DNA of 64,000 nucleotides from Thalia democratica (lineage: Eukaryota), in assembly GCA_965202585.1 (NCBI GenBank), contig OZ241826.1, positions 109,740,001 through 109,804,000 on the forward strand, given 5' to 3'. This document shows, one piece after another, positions 50,801 through 64,000 of this stretch (its first letter is position 1; every line of letters starts with the position of its first letter). Position numbers and translations under genes: made by a program. Below the pieces are notes generated by a model. The model saw only the letters and a list, made by a program, of their open reading frames with translations, was not told the DNA's origin and did not search any database.

Positions 50801-53800
50801 CATCGGGATGATTAAATTTTTGTTTGTGTACGAATAGACAAGTAGGTTAAAGAATATATATAATGTGGAAGCTTTTTTATAGTAAAAGATTCAATACATT
50901 TTTCATCAAAATTTTTTTTATAAGTATAAAGTCAATTAAATGTAAACAAAACTTAAGAAAAATTGACTTTAAACTAAAGTCTATTCCTTTGAAATTTTAA
51001 AAATTATAACACTTAACCAGTTTTAGTAAACTTTATACTTTTTATTTTGTTATACATTTAATGCTTCTCCAAAATTAAAAGTTTTCATAATTAATTACAA
51101 CTTTCAATGTATTTGATATCATCAATACTTTAATTAAATTATGAAATTATTGTAAAATTTAGTTTAAAATATTTGATGTTTTGTAACAAAATTTGAAGAT
51201 TTCTTAACCTACGTTGTACAACCATAAATACTGATTTACGAACATTTTAATTAAGTTATGTACCATCTTTTTTCTTAGAATTTCTTATAATTTTAAACAA
51301 TATATATTAGTTTGGTAAATTAAGTAGGTTGAAACTAATCTAAGTCTTTTATATTCACAGCTATGGTTATTTTTTTAGTGTGAAATGTATACTATATTAT
51401 CTATTAGACTCGCATTAAGTAAATTATAGTTACTTCTTTTTTTTTATTTAAAGCTTTAATTTGTTTCAACTATATGTTGTTTTAGTAATTGAAATCGTTT
51501 AGTTATTTAGAATATTATTTTAATATTAAATAATTTGCTAAACAAACATTGTTATATCAAATTTAGTTGCACATAAGAGTTTACTAATTTTATTTGAGCT
51601 AGAATTAATTTTTGCCGTCGAAATAAAGTATAATTTCCTTATAACTAAACAAATCTAAAAATTTTAAATTAAAAGAACTTTGTTAAATAATTAACATAAA
51701 ACTCTTTATACACAAAATATATCAGATACGTTCTATTTATACTAACATTTTTCTCGATCTAAATTAACTTCATATTTAATACGTAAGTACTCTAACTTTT
51801 TTCAAAATACTGTTATAAACAAATGTTTTGTATATAACAAGTGCTCTGTTTTAAAACTTTTTATTGTGTTAGTAAACATTAAGTAAAAAAGCTTCCATAA
51901 CTAAAAATTTCCCTTAATCGTTATTTTAAAAATACTAGTTAAACTGCTTTTTAAACATTTAATGACTTTAATGTTTCAATTAAAAATAGTAGTTCATAAA
52001 AAAAACTGTTAATCATACCAAAATATTATTATATTATAATTAATAGCAACGGTATTCGTAAACTAAAACTATTAATTTTCTTGATTGTAAATTTTGATAC
52101 ATTTGGAATTACGTAAATACTCTTTTTATATTTATTATAACAGTTAAAAAACAGTAATACTTGCAATTCATAATTTTTTTTACTAAAATTTATTGGTATT
52201 AATTTTGCGTCACAACTCTTTATCTTATGTAAAATTTTTACAAACGAAAAATATTTGCAAAAGCTTTAAAAAAACAATGCTTAAATCAAAGCTTAAATAA
52301 TAACTAATGCTTTGTAACACTCAAACGTTTTTTTTAACAATTTATAATCGAAATAACATTGATTAGCCAAGGTCATTTCTTATCAACAACTAAACGACAT
52401 TTTAAAGTTTAAGAGTAAGTTCAAATTATAAATTATATAAGTTTTTATTTTTTATAATTCATTAGTTGAAAATTTTCAAATGAAGTTTTAAACCAAAAAA
52501 TTTTGAACCTTAAGAGATATGAAATATGAAAATTAAGTATAATAAAATACTGTGAACGTAAAACTATAGAACTTGTGTACAAAAGTTCTTATGCATTGCG
52601 TCCTTCTTATTAGGAAAATTTCATAAATATTATAATGAAACTAAACAAACAATTACTAATAGAAAGACATACTAATTGCAAATCATTGAAGTTTGAGTAA
52701 AATAAGTACTTTGTTCATTTAATTGTGTATTAATTACTTATTTCAAAATTAACTATTTAGGCCAATAGTAAAATTAAAATTTATCTACAGAGTATAACAG
52801 CCATTAACACTAGCTAAAAAATACCATTAAGAAACATCAATTACTACTTAGACGTTTAGTTTAAAAGTCAATTATATGTTACTTTTCCTTCTTTCACAAG
52901 ATTATAATATTAACTTAGCAGTTGGACAAGTTAATTAATTTAAACTAAAGATAACCATTGTGGTAAATAAAAGTTTTCAATTCAATCGTTTTTTTAATAA
53001 TTTACAATAATTAACTTTTGTAAAAAGCGTAAGTAACTTTAAATGGTCAAGATATATTTATTCACTGAGTATAAAAGTAAAACATCTTTTTAAATAGAAA
53101 AAGTTTTACTAATTAAATTTTTACAGTTTTTATACTACTCCTTCGTAAAAGTTTTACAAATAAACGTTTAATTTTAGACATACCGATAAACTAGCTTCTA
53201 AAACTATTTAATAGTACGTAAAACTTCCCTTCGTAAAATTTTCAAAATTTAAAAACTGTTTTTGAAAAAAATAATATTGTTATAAATCCTTTCAATGTAA
53301 AATAATAAACCGTTAATAAAAAACTACTTATTTCTTGTTGAAGTAACTTTTTACATTATAAAAGGGTTTTATTTAAAACTTGTTTATATAGGTATAGCTT
53401 CTTAATAGACTTAGTAAATAATAAATGTGATGAACTGCATTATATAAAAACTTTGAATAGTTGTAACAAAAACTTATTAATATGAAAACTACTAGTTTTT
53501 TTTTTAATTTTTTTTATTAATAATACACGATACACATATATAACATAAAATAGCTAACACTTTAAAATAATTAAAATTCTATGTGTTTACAACTAAACAA
53601 AGAAAAAAAGTATGACAGTTTACTAAAGCGACTTAAGTATAATCAAATTAATGTCATGCTGTTTTTTCTTTTGATACTTTTCAATTATGAATCTTTTAAA
53701 AACGTCAAACTTCTTTTTTTAGTTAAGTATAGCTGTTAATTTTCTTTATATTTTGCAAACACTATAGTAAACTAAACTTTTTTTTAATGATTAATCAATA

Positions 53801-56800
53801 AATCTTAAATTAACAAAAATATTGAGTAAGCTTGCTTTTCGGTTTAAAGTTTTCATCTTAATTTAAAAACTTCTTCAAAAAAAAAACATAAGAAATAACA
53901 CAGTAAAAACTAAAAGTTACAAGTAATCTTTAAATTATAAAAAAAATTTATACACTATAAAACATTAAAACAATTTTTTTGCTAAACTAAACATGATATT
54001 AAATATCCTTAGATAAACGACAAGAGAAAAATATAAAAAGAAATATAAAAAACGCAAAAAAAAAAAATTGAAAACAATGTTTACCACTATTTTAAACATA
54101 TTTCATTTGAAACATACTAAAGAAAAAATAAAAAAAATATGCATAAGTTTAATATATATCATTATGCATCTTAACTGTAAATTAAGTGTCTACAAATATG
54201 CTAATGCACAGCTGTAACGACAGCACAACTGTATGCTAAAAATGCATTCAGACATCTCAAGTCCATTACAAGTTGTTAATAACTGAATGCAAATTTTGCT
54301 ACAAGTAGTTTTTAACTTTTGTTCAATTTAAAACCAGTTTAGTTTTAAAATAAGTTGCTTTTTTTTAACACTTACAAACTTTTATTGATGAATTTAGAAT
54401 ATATTATATAGAAACCAGAAAAAAACACATAAATAGAAAACTTCATCTAAATTTGAGTTAAAGTTTAGAAAGAAAGAAAGAAACAGGTAAGCAGTGTTTA
54501 AGTATATTTTCTTTTTCTTTTTTGTTAAATAAAACATATAAATTAAAAAATTCTACTAAGCAGTATAACATTGAGTCAACACAGTTTAGTCAAACCTTTT
54601 CAACTTAAATTCAATGTTTTGAATTCAAAAATTGAATTCATATCTTGAATTAATGTAATCTAAAATTTTGCGTACCTATTTTTTATTAGTTTTTCAAGTT
54701 GCTTTTTTTAAGGTTAATTTATTTTGTTATTAACACATTTTGTAACAAACTTTTTTTTGTTACATATTTTTAAACATGTTTAAATTATAATTTTCATAAT
54801 CATGTTGACCGTAATAAAACATATCATCAACGCATAGTTATCAGAAAGTAGCTGTTCATATCGAGCTGAACAAACTATCACAAAATAAAACCCTACGAGG
54901 GTGGAGTGACCTTTTCAAGCACAAAAAGCGTAGAAATAATAATTTTAGTTGTTGTCATTGCAGCTAGATTTCATTGAATAGAGGAGCATGGTAAAGCTAA
55001 GTTTATTTCAAACCGCTTCCGTCACTATAGCTAGGAATACTTTTATATTAGATTTTAAATTTTCCAGAAGTAGAAAGGTATGGGCCTAAAGCGGGTTTCT
55101 CAAAGCATTTTCCTCTTTGTTAGGCAAAGTAAATTAGAATGAAAAGAAGCAACAAGAAGTGAGGGTACAAAAAGTAAGTTGATAGTTTTTTTTTCAGAGA
55201 TTGATTATAAAAAATATTATAACAAATGGGCTAAAAGGTTCTGTCTACACAGTTTTTCAAAAATTTTCAAATTTTTCCTCAGGGTTTGGAGGTAGGCAAA
55301 ATGTTTTACAGAACTGGTGCCAAATCAGCTCCAACCCAAAATTAACAAAACTAACGTAATGTTTGACAATGTACTGAGTCGGCTACAGTAGTAAGCATTA
55401 GGAATTTCTTTGTTCATAAAATGATGCATCTAAAACAAGGTAACCAACATCTAAATGTGTTTCCTTAATCCAATGTAACTAAAATCTTAAGTCTGAATTA
55501 TTAACCGTAACCAACCTAAGGCAAACACAAAAAAGAAAAAACATAGATTTTAAAACTAAGAGTTTAAACAAACACAAATGAATTTCAGAACTACCGTGAC
55601 AGCAAAGTTAAAATTTTATTTTACTTTTTGTTTTCCTAAACAATCAATTCATCTTTTTTTTTTACTTTTACAACTAAGCTTCCTTTAACTTATAAGGACG
55701 GTAAAAACAACTCATTGACTGATTGCTACACGTCTACAAAAACCCTTCACTAAACTCGATTCGACTAAAAACTGTCGCGTTTTGTGTCACTGAGAAGCTT
55801 GCAAACCAAGAATGACCTCTTCAATAAATGGAGCTGTTGAAAATTGTTGCAAATGGATCTAAACTTTAACAATGAGAAGTGATTAGCAGGATTAAAAGAA
55901 TGACCTCTGACTGCTGAGAATTGTTGAAGCAGGATTAGAAGTGATTCAACGAAACAGCTTAACATTAAATTGAGATTTATCATTGTAGCTGCCGGAATGA
56001 ATTTTTGTACAGTGTCAGACAGTTAGTGTAGATCTAAATATGGCTCTTTAATTACAGACTAGATACTTATATGAGGATAATATTACTAGGTGTACAAGGG
56101 ACCTTTTATCTTTTTTTTTAGTTGGCCTTATTTACCACCAGGGTTTTAGTTGATACCAAAAGCAACCACATACCAATATTTTGCAATAGTTTTACAAAGT
56201 TAATTGTAATACTAGCTACAAACTGCATACACATTTACTAATAACTTATTGTAAACTGGACAAAAACTTATTTTAATTGATAATAAAATGCTAAAAAGTA
56301 AATATTTATATCATCTGAACTAAATATTACAATAGAATAAATTATAATTGAGTTATAAAATTAAATAGTAAGTATTTATACGAAAGGTTTTAATACTATT
56401 TCATATAATAACTTGTTTATAAACTATAAATTACAAAACACTATTAAGTTTTTAGATACTATGTTAATTTGAAATGTTTGTCAAACTGCATGAATCTATA
56501 TTAGCCATTGTGATTGATTTTGTACAAATTTAAAATTGAATTTTGTACGTTCAGTCTATAAATACTTTATAAACCTATTTGTGTGGTTTTAGACTTTTGT
56601 ATTTAACTAATTATACCTTATAAGTAAACCTTTATTTGTTCTAAAACCGTGTCTTATTTTCAGTCTTCAGGTGTCTTCTGTTTAAAAGAGTCGGGTTTTG
56701 ATGTCTGAGCAAGTCAATGTGTACAATAAAAACTGAATGTATTTCAACAATAACATATAAAACAACATAATAATACAAAATTACTAAGAATTAAAAACAA

Positions 56801-59800
56801 TCAGCAAGTAATATAGTTTAAAAAAAAACTGTTTGTAATTTTACGTTTTTAAAAACTTATTATAAACAATTCAAAATAATGTTAGCAAATTACAACTTTA
56901 AAAAATATGAAATAAAATGAGATGAAAATATAGAATTTTAGAAAATGGTAATGGCTTGTGAACTTATACGATGCTAAGTAATAACTTATCTTTAGTTATT
57001 ATTTAATCTAGTTTCGTATAGAGTAATCTTTTTCTATAACAAAACCATTGTTACATCCAGGTATTAAACATACTTTTACTTAAGTTCAAAACACACGTGG
57101 GAAACAAATAAACATTAAGCATTTCTATTGCATAAAATATTTTGATAAAATAACTTACAAACTAATAAAATTAAATATGTTAATTTTGTAAAGAAATTTC
57201 TTAATTAAATCAAATTAAACATAAAAACTACATCGAAATTCTATAGAACAAGTTTGAAATAACTAAAATTTAAACAAAATCAAAAACGCATTTTATTTCA
57301 TACTTTTGCTGATTTAATTATTACTAAAAAACTAACCCGTTTTATATTAAACACATGATAAATTGTTTAAAGTAATAAAAGATTTACTTCAATCAAAACA
57401 ATAAAACAACAGTATTTAAAAAGGAAAAAAAAAGTGTAAACTTCAGTGCTTAGATTTTTTATATTTATACTTGATTTTTATTTTTAAATGCTATAAATAA
57501 TTTTTTATACATCAGCAGATGAAATTACTACTAACTAAAAGAAAACAGCAAATATCAGGGTCAAAAAATACTATCTGATATTTGTTAATTTTTTAAAAAC
57601 TGTCAAGTTTTATGCAATTTTAGTCTCAAAAAATATTTGGGAGAATAGAACTTGTAACATTTTTAATATAACATTATAAAAAATGGAAAAATGATCACAA
57701 TATTTTCAACGAGCCAAAAAATTATAAGTAACCTAAAATAAAAAAGAAAATGGTAAACTTATTAATATTCTTAAAATATAAAAATACACCTATAAGAATG
57801 CTAAATTTGTCAAATCCTTATAATTATATGCAATACTAGTTGATTTATTAAGATATTACGTAATGTATATTCGTAAAGAGTTATATAAAGGCAGCAAGTA
57901 ATATATTGACAGTATTTTAGTAATGAACGATTTCTATAATTTAAAGTAGAAAGCTTAAATATAATTTACACAATATTTGTCACATAATAATCACACTTAG
58001 TTTAATTGAGACTCAGCTTTGAAAAAAAAAAGCATAGCTAGAATCTAAAATAAAATAAATCCAACTAAACAACAAGTAACACTAGAAATTGCAAAACAAG
58101 TTAAGAATATTGTACACAAAACAATCTATAACTTATATGTTAAAAATTTTAATTTTTTGCTATAACTTTAAATACTTTTAAAATTTATTCAAATTATAAT
58201 CACTACAAAAATTGCTTTAAAAAAACATAAAGAAATAAATAGAACTTATAAAATTTCAAAAATTTAGAAAAATTTTATTTAGTAAGATTAGTTACTATTA
58301 AATTTAATTAATATAAACATTCTATAATAAAACACTAAAAATATATTTAAACAAAAACATATAACTACAAATGGTTGTCGAAATAAACTTCAGAGGCAAG
58401 TTAAAACAATTGAACATGGTGAAAAACATAGATAATTATTCTAAAAGCAAACACATGTACATAAATTAAAAAGTTAATTATTAACATTTGAAGCAAGAGT
58501 AAAAAATCATAAAAATGTAAAAACAAAATTATTACAAAAAGCAAAAAAAGATATCTTTACGTTGTGCATTTATCTTATATAAGGGACTTACCCGAGCTAG
58601 CGTTTAAGTTATGTTTGTTTAAAAGTCTAAACTTCTTACTTATTTTTTACTAAAAGATTAATACACAACTCACTCAAGTCGATGGTACATGCATTTCCAA
58701 CTGAAAATTCAAAAACTAACAGCAAAAAATATCAATCAATCAAATTAACAACTTCTTTAAAAGACTGAAATATATGAATCAAGAACGCTGAGCACTAAAA
58801 GTGTTTGTTCAAACTGAACTCCTGAACAAACACAAAGAAAACTTCTTTTGCCTTTTATCAGATTTCAACAAATACCAAAACGCGGCTAGAAGCTAAATGC
58901 AAAACAAGCAACAATTAAAAGCCAAAAACGGCTTAACAAGACAAACGGTAAAAAAACTAATTGCTACAATACATGCTCACCAAATATCGGTTGAACAAGC
59001 CCAATGATATAAAATAAAACTGAAAATTTCAGCTAAACTCGTAAGCACAGCTCAAAGATAAGATTGAAAGACTAAATTAAACTATTTTAGTGCTAAAAAT
59101 CATATAAAATTTCAAAAGAGAAAAAATATTAGAAACGAAAACAGCTATTTTAAGTACTTTACAGTTAAAAGCGATAAAACACCAAAAGTGCTTAAATCTA
59201 TTTTCAAAAACGTAGTATAACCTAAAAAAAACATTTATCATTAAAAAAAGTTATTACCCAGTTTGTAAAATAACAGTTTGAAAAAATGCAATGTCAAAAT
59301 AAGAAAATGTATAAAAAGCTTATAGAAAACAAAAATTAAACAAAAATACCACACTTCAGAAATTTGGAAAAGTATTTAAGAAAATGGTCAAATGTAAAAT
59401 ATTATATGTTTTCTTTTATATTGTTATTAAATGATTTTTTAATAAAAAAATTTAATTATAATTAAAAAACTAATTTAAAAAAGCAGATTTGTTAGAAATA
59501 TATGCTGTTATTAACCGTAAGTTAGATTATTAAAAAGCTTTTTTTGTTATCTTAATCTAGATTCTGTCAATATTATTTTAAATGAAATTAGTATATCAAA
59601 AAATGTGTATTTAAAAGTCAGGACAATTAGAAAAATATATAAAATTAAGGAAAACTATGTAAAAACAACAAAAACTAAAAAGTTCACAAAAAAATATATG
59701 AGAAAAACTATTCATTTAACAACTATTTAAAATACTAAGCCTATATTTCAAAATAAAACATATTTGTTAAAAAACCATTTCATTTTTGAAAAACTGTAAA

Positions 59801-62048
59801 TTGTAAAACATTAAATTTTAAATTTAACTTAAAAAACTTATAAAATTGTAAAATGAATACGTAAGATAAAATAACTATAAATTACAACCAAACTCAGAAA
59901 CTTATGTTTAAAACAAACTTAGAGAAGTAGTAAGAATTTTAATTAGTTTAATCTTATGCAAAACTTTTTATGTCAGATCTCACTTAAACAAGAAAACAAA
60001 TCGCTTTTACAACCATACAAATTTTCAAAAAGTATACAAATAAAAGAAAATTAAATTAAACACGTAAATTATATAAAAATATACAACACACCTTTTCCAA
60101 ATAAACAAACATAAACAACAAAAAAAACATCTGCTTTTTTAAGATCACATTTTTCTAATAATTTAAACAATTTTACGTTTTAAAAGATGGAGTTTAAATC
60201 TTTAACATTAAATTACAAAGTACTTAAAAAAACATACACAAGATAAAAAATAGCTTAGTTGATTTCAAAGCTACAAGTAAATCATCCTCAAAAAAAACAA
60301 AACCATATATACTAAAAAGTACAAATAAGGAACCAAACAATCTTAAACAAAATTCTCTTAAATAACAACAAATAGTAAACTTTAGTACTGTATTGTAGTA
60401 GTTTTAGTTGTTTAAGAAACTTAAAAAAATTCAGTGCTTACATTTTTCTTTTTTTTTGTTTACATAGCAGCTTTAGTTAATTAATGAAACATACAACTTG
60501 AAAATTAAAAATCGAAACTAATGTTGTAACAAAATTAAAAAAACAATGGGTAAAACTGAATAAATACAAAAATAGTTTTATATTTACACACAAAAATTAT
60601 CTAAATCTCATGGTTAACTTAACTTTAATAATTGTTATTAAAATAAAGATTGTTTAAAAATAATATAAACAGAAGTAAATTGGCTTTAGATATTTAAAAA
60701 AAGATACTCTTGAAAAATAAAACTTTCTAGTTAAGTTTAAAATCACATCATTCGAACATAAGAACAACTATAAATTTCAAAGAAATTAATATATATAATA
60801 AAACATAACACTCATAAACTGTAAAAATAAGTTATATGTCAACATAAAACTTCTAATAAAGTCTTTTTTTATAGTGTTTCACTTTAAAGTTAAGGTTTAA
60901 AAGGGAAGTTATAAAACACATTAATAAAAATTCAAATATTTTAGTATTTTTAAATACATGCTAATTATTTAGAAGAAAAATTAACTTCCATTTATTAAAT
61001 CTGTAAAAGAAAAATAATTTGAATAGGAGAACGAAACGGGTAAAAACAGCATGTTACAATTAATAAATGTTTGTTCCAAAAAAAAGTAAACAACTAAAAT
61101 TTTGAAAAATACTAATAAAATATGCTACATGTAATTTTGTTTAGTATAAAACAAATATTTCTTGATATTAAAAACTTGTAAAAAATTAATTATAACTTTA
61201 TGAAGAAAAACAAAAATCAAGACAAATCATAAACTGTAAAATTTTCAGGTATTAACACTTTGTTTTTATTTTAATATCCAAAACTTTAAAAGGATAGTTA
61301 TAACCATTTAAGTGTTACCATTAACATACTAAACTTTTAAGACATGAAATAAATAAACTTTTACTAAAAACATAAAAAAGAATAATATTTAAAAAGAAAA
61401 ATTATGTTAAAACAACACAGCCTTATTCATGTAACTAAAAAGAATATTTATAGCAAAGGTTTTCAAAAAAACTTAAAATACAGAAAATTATATTGTTTCG
61501 TCATTTTTTGTTTTAACTTGCATCTTTATTTAAGTATCAACACAATTAAATATAAAAAGTTATGACACAATTTTTTGTCAACATTGTTTAAGTTATAAAA
61601 AAAAAATGAAACAAAAATAATCAATAACTCAAAACCAGCTTTGTCAATCAAAATACTACGAATAAATTATGCTTAACACGAAAAACAAAACAGAGAAAGA
61701 GAGACAGGTTAGAAAAAAGAGAAAAAGTTTTGTATACAAAATGTTTTGTTACTTTTAATCAATGAAATTTAAATACAAAATAGGATTAGTATAAGGTCTA
61801 ATAAAAGTATACAGCTTAATAAATGCTGAACATTATGTTATGTTTAATTTTTTCAAACTTAGTTGATTGAAACTAATATTAAAAAAAATAATATTAAATT
61901 TAAAAAAATAAGTAATATCAAAAAGAATATAAATAAATTAAATAAAACCAACAAAACAGCAAGTAACACTGAAATTAAATTAATAAAATCTACTTTTGTG
62001 CACAAAGAAGAAAATATATCTCATATTCTGTTTAGCTTTTATTTTTAT

Positions 62049-62930
62049 TATAAAACAAATATATTTGTTTAAAGCATTTCAAATTTAATTACTGTTAAAT
62101 TGTTTTAAAACCAATTTAAAAAAGTTAAAAGCTATAAATTTCCAAAAATTATATAATAACTTTAAAATTATGTTCTTTGTAATATAAAACATTTTACAAC
62201 ATCAATGGAATAAAAACAAACAAAAATACTCAAAAAACTAGACAAAACGTTTATGAACAAAATACATTTGATATTGACTTGCTTAAACGTTTGAACAAAA
62301 AATGTAAAGCATAGTTACATAAAAAAAAATATCACCAAAAACTATATTAAAAAAACAGGAAAGTGTTTAGCTTGAAAATATTCTGTAAATATTTGTAAAC
62401 GATTTGTAACTAAGTGTTGTAAGCCCATTAATACCAATCCTAGCCAATTGGTTTGTAGCATCAAAAAATAACGACTTATTATAAACAAATTCAAAATCAA
62501 AACATATATTCTACACAAAACATCTATTGATATAGAACTAGTCACAAAAAATACTTTAATTTGAACAATTTGTATTATGAAATAAACAATCTATACCTAA
62601 ACTTCAAATTTACTGCAAAATGATCCGTTAACGGAAAACTACCGTTTTGAGGCACTGAAATGAAGCAACTATCAAACCAATTACGTATAAGTGTTTATAA
62701 AAAATCAACAACTTAACATTAAAACAAGATCATAAGAAAAAATGGACGATATCGGAAATTGCAAAAGAAAAGCATAGATGATAAAAAGTATCAAAAATGA
62801 ATCAAACCATTTTATATAAAAAAAATTTTTAACAGCCTGGTGAACTATAAATTTTATAAAGTCTTAAATATTTTCTCTGTTTAAAGTTTGTGTTTTATTT
62901 TTAATTACATATAAACTATACTCAATTAAA
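62049..62930 (+). pseudogene. Decayed Penelope-like element RT fragment, copy 1
   Basis: Translates with stops to PLIPILANWFVASK..., INNLYLNFKFTAK*SVNGKLPF*GTEMKQLSNQLRISVYKKST. This follows the PLE RT/thumb pattern GSPLSP.LAN / LN..HP.LKFT.E.E.NGKLPFLG / SVYRKPT. Confidence 0.75.
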
Positions 62931-62957
62931 ATATACACACTATGATATTATTATCAC

Positions 62958-63830
62958 TATAAAACAAAACTATTTCTCAAAGCATTTCAAATTAAGTTAC
63001 TGTAAAAAATGTCTCTAAAATTATTTTAAAAAGTAAACAGCTATGAAAACTCAAATTCTCTATAATAATTTTGAAAGTAAATACTTAGTAATGTAAAACA
63101 TTTTACAATATCAAAGGAATAAAAATACTCATACAAACTAGACAAAATGTTTATGACAAAATATATATGATGTTGACATACTTGAACGTTTGAACAACAA
63201 ATGTTAAGCATAGCTGAAATTACATAACGAGAAAAATATCAACATAGATCATACGAAAAAAATTAAAAAGTGTTTAGCTTAACAGTATTCTGTAAATATT
63301 TGTAACTAGGTGTTGTAATGTTTAGTCCATTAACTTTAATTCTAGCCGATTGGTTTGTAGCATCAAAAATTATTACAAACAAATTCAAAATCAAAACATC
63401 TATTTTACACAAAATATGTAGATTATATATTCGTAGTAACACAAAACTACACTAATCAAAACAACTTGTATCATGAAATGAATAATGTACATCCAAACTT
63501 CGAATTTACTGTAGAAAGATCCGTTGACGGAAAACTACCGTTTTAGGGCACTGAAATGAAGCAATTATCAAACCAACTGTCAAACCAACTAAGCACAATT
63601 TTTTACAAAAAATCAACAATTTAACATTAAAACAAAATCAAAAGAAAAAAAGGCAGGTATCGAAAATTGCAAAAGAAAAGCATAGATAATTAAAAGTACA
63701 AAAAATTAATCGAATCATATTATAAACTAAAATCTAAATAGCTTGGTGAACTATAATTTTTATAGAGTCTTAAAGGTTTACTGTGGTTATAGTTTGTGTT
63801 TTATTTTTACTATATAGAAGCTATTGTTAT
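62958..63830 (+). pseudogene. Decayed Penelope-like element RT fragment, copy 2 (tandem)
   Basis: FYTKYVDYIFVV (decayed YVDD motif, about 63403-63438) and MNNVHPNFEFTVERSVDGKLPF*G (from 63478). Co-linear with copy 1 at an offset of about 900 bp. Confidence 0.78.
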
Positions 63831-64000
63831 TTAAAAGAACAAACAACTTTGGAATAAAAATCTAAGCTTAAGTTTAGACAAAATAACAAAACAATAGGTA
63901 ACACTAATTTAATTACAAAAACTGTTCTAGATTTATACTTAAAACTATCTTAACTTCATAGTTCGCTTAATTCTAATGTTTGTTATAAAATAAAAGATCC

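Noticed and set aside
47830-62545. Remaining 60-90-aa AT-rich ORFs (and similar ones at 522-37934)
   Set aside because: K/N/F/I/L-biased translations expected by chance in about 78% AT DNA, with no domains recognised.

Overview
Very AT-rich (roughly 75-80% A+T by eye) eukaryotic DNA, most likely from an invertebrate; a Hydra-like genome is my inference from composition and repeat content only. I could not support any host protein-coding gene. Most short ORFs in the track look like chance frames. The window is mainly transposon-derived. The dominant feature is a young, structurally complete 5.8-kb Ty3/Gypsy LTR element of the CsRn1/Kabuki type on the minus strand (38858-44654). It has 743-bp LTRs differing at 2 positions, an ACAT target-site duplication, a tRNA-Trp PBS and a PPT. 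It encodes a disrupted Gag starting inside the LTR, an extra ORF of about 290 codons with 4 x 43-aa repeats, and an aspartic protease, with two canonical -1 slippery heptamers at the ORF junctions. It has no recognisable RT, RNase H or integrase, and an unidentified GC-rich segment sits in their place. Other features: an intact minimal type I hammerhead ribozyme (3385-3429) probably from a Penelope-like element, a 2.4-kb hAT (Charlie/Buster-like) transposon with perfect TIRs and an 8-bp TSD, a 5'-truncated RTE-type LINE, two tandem decayed Penelope-like RT fragments near 62-64 kb, several MITE-like elements, and multiple local duplications.
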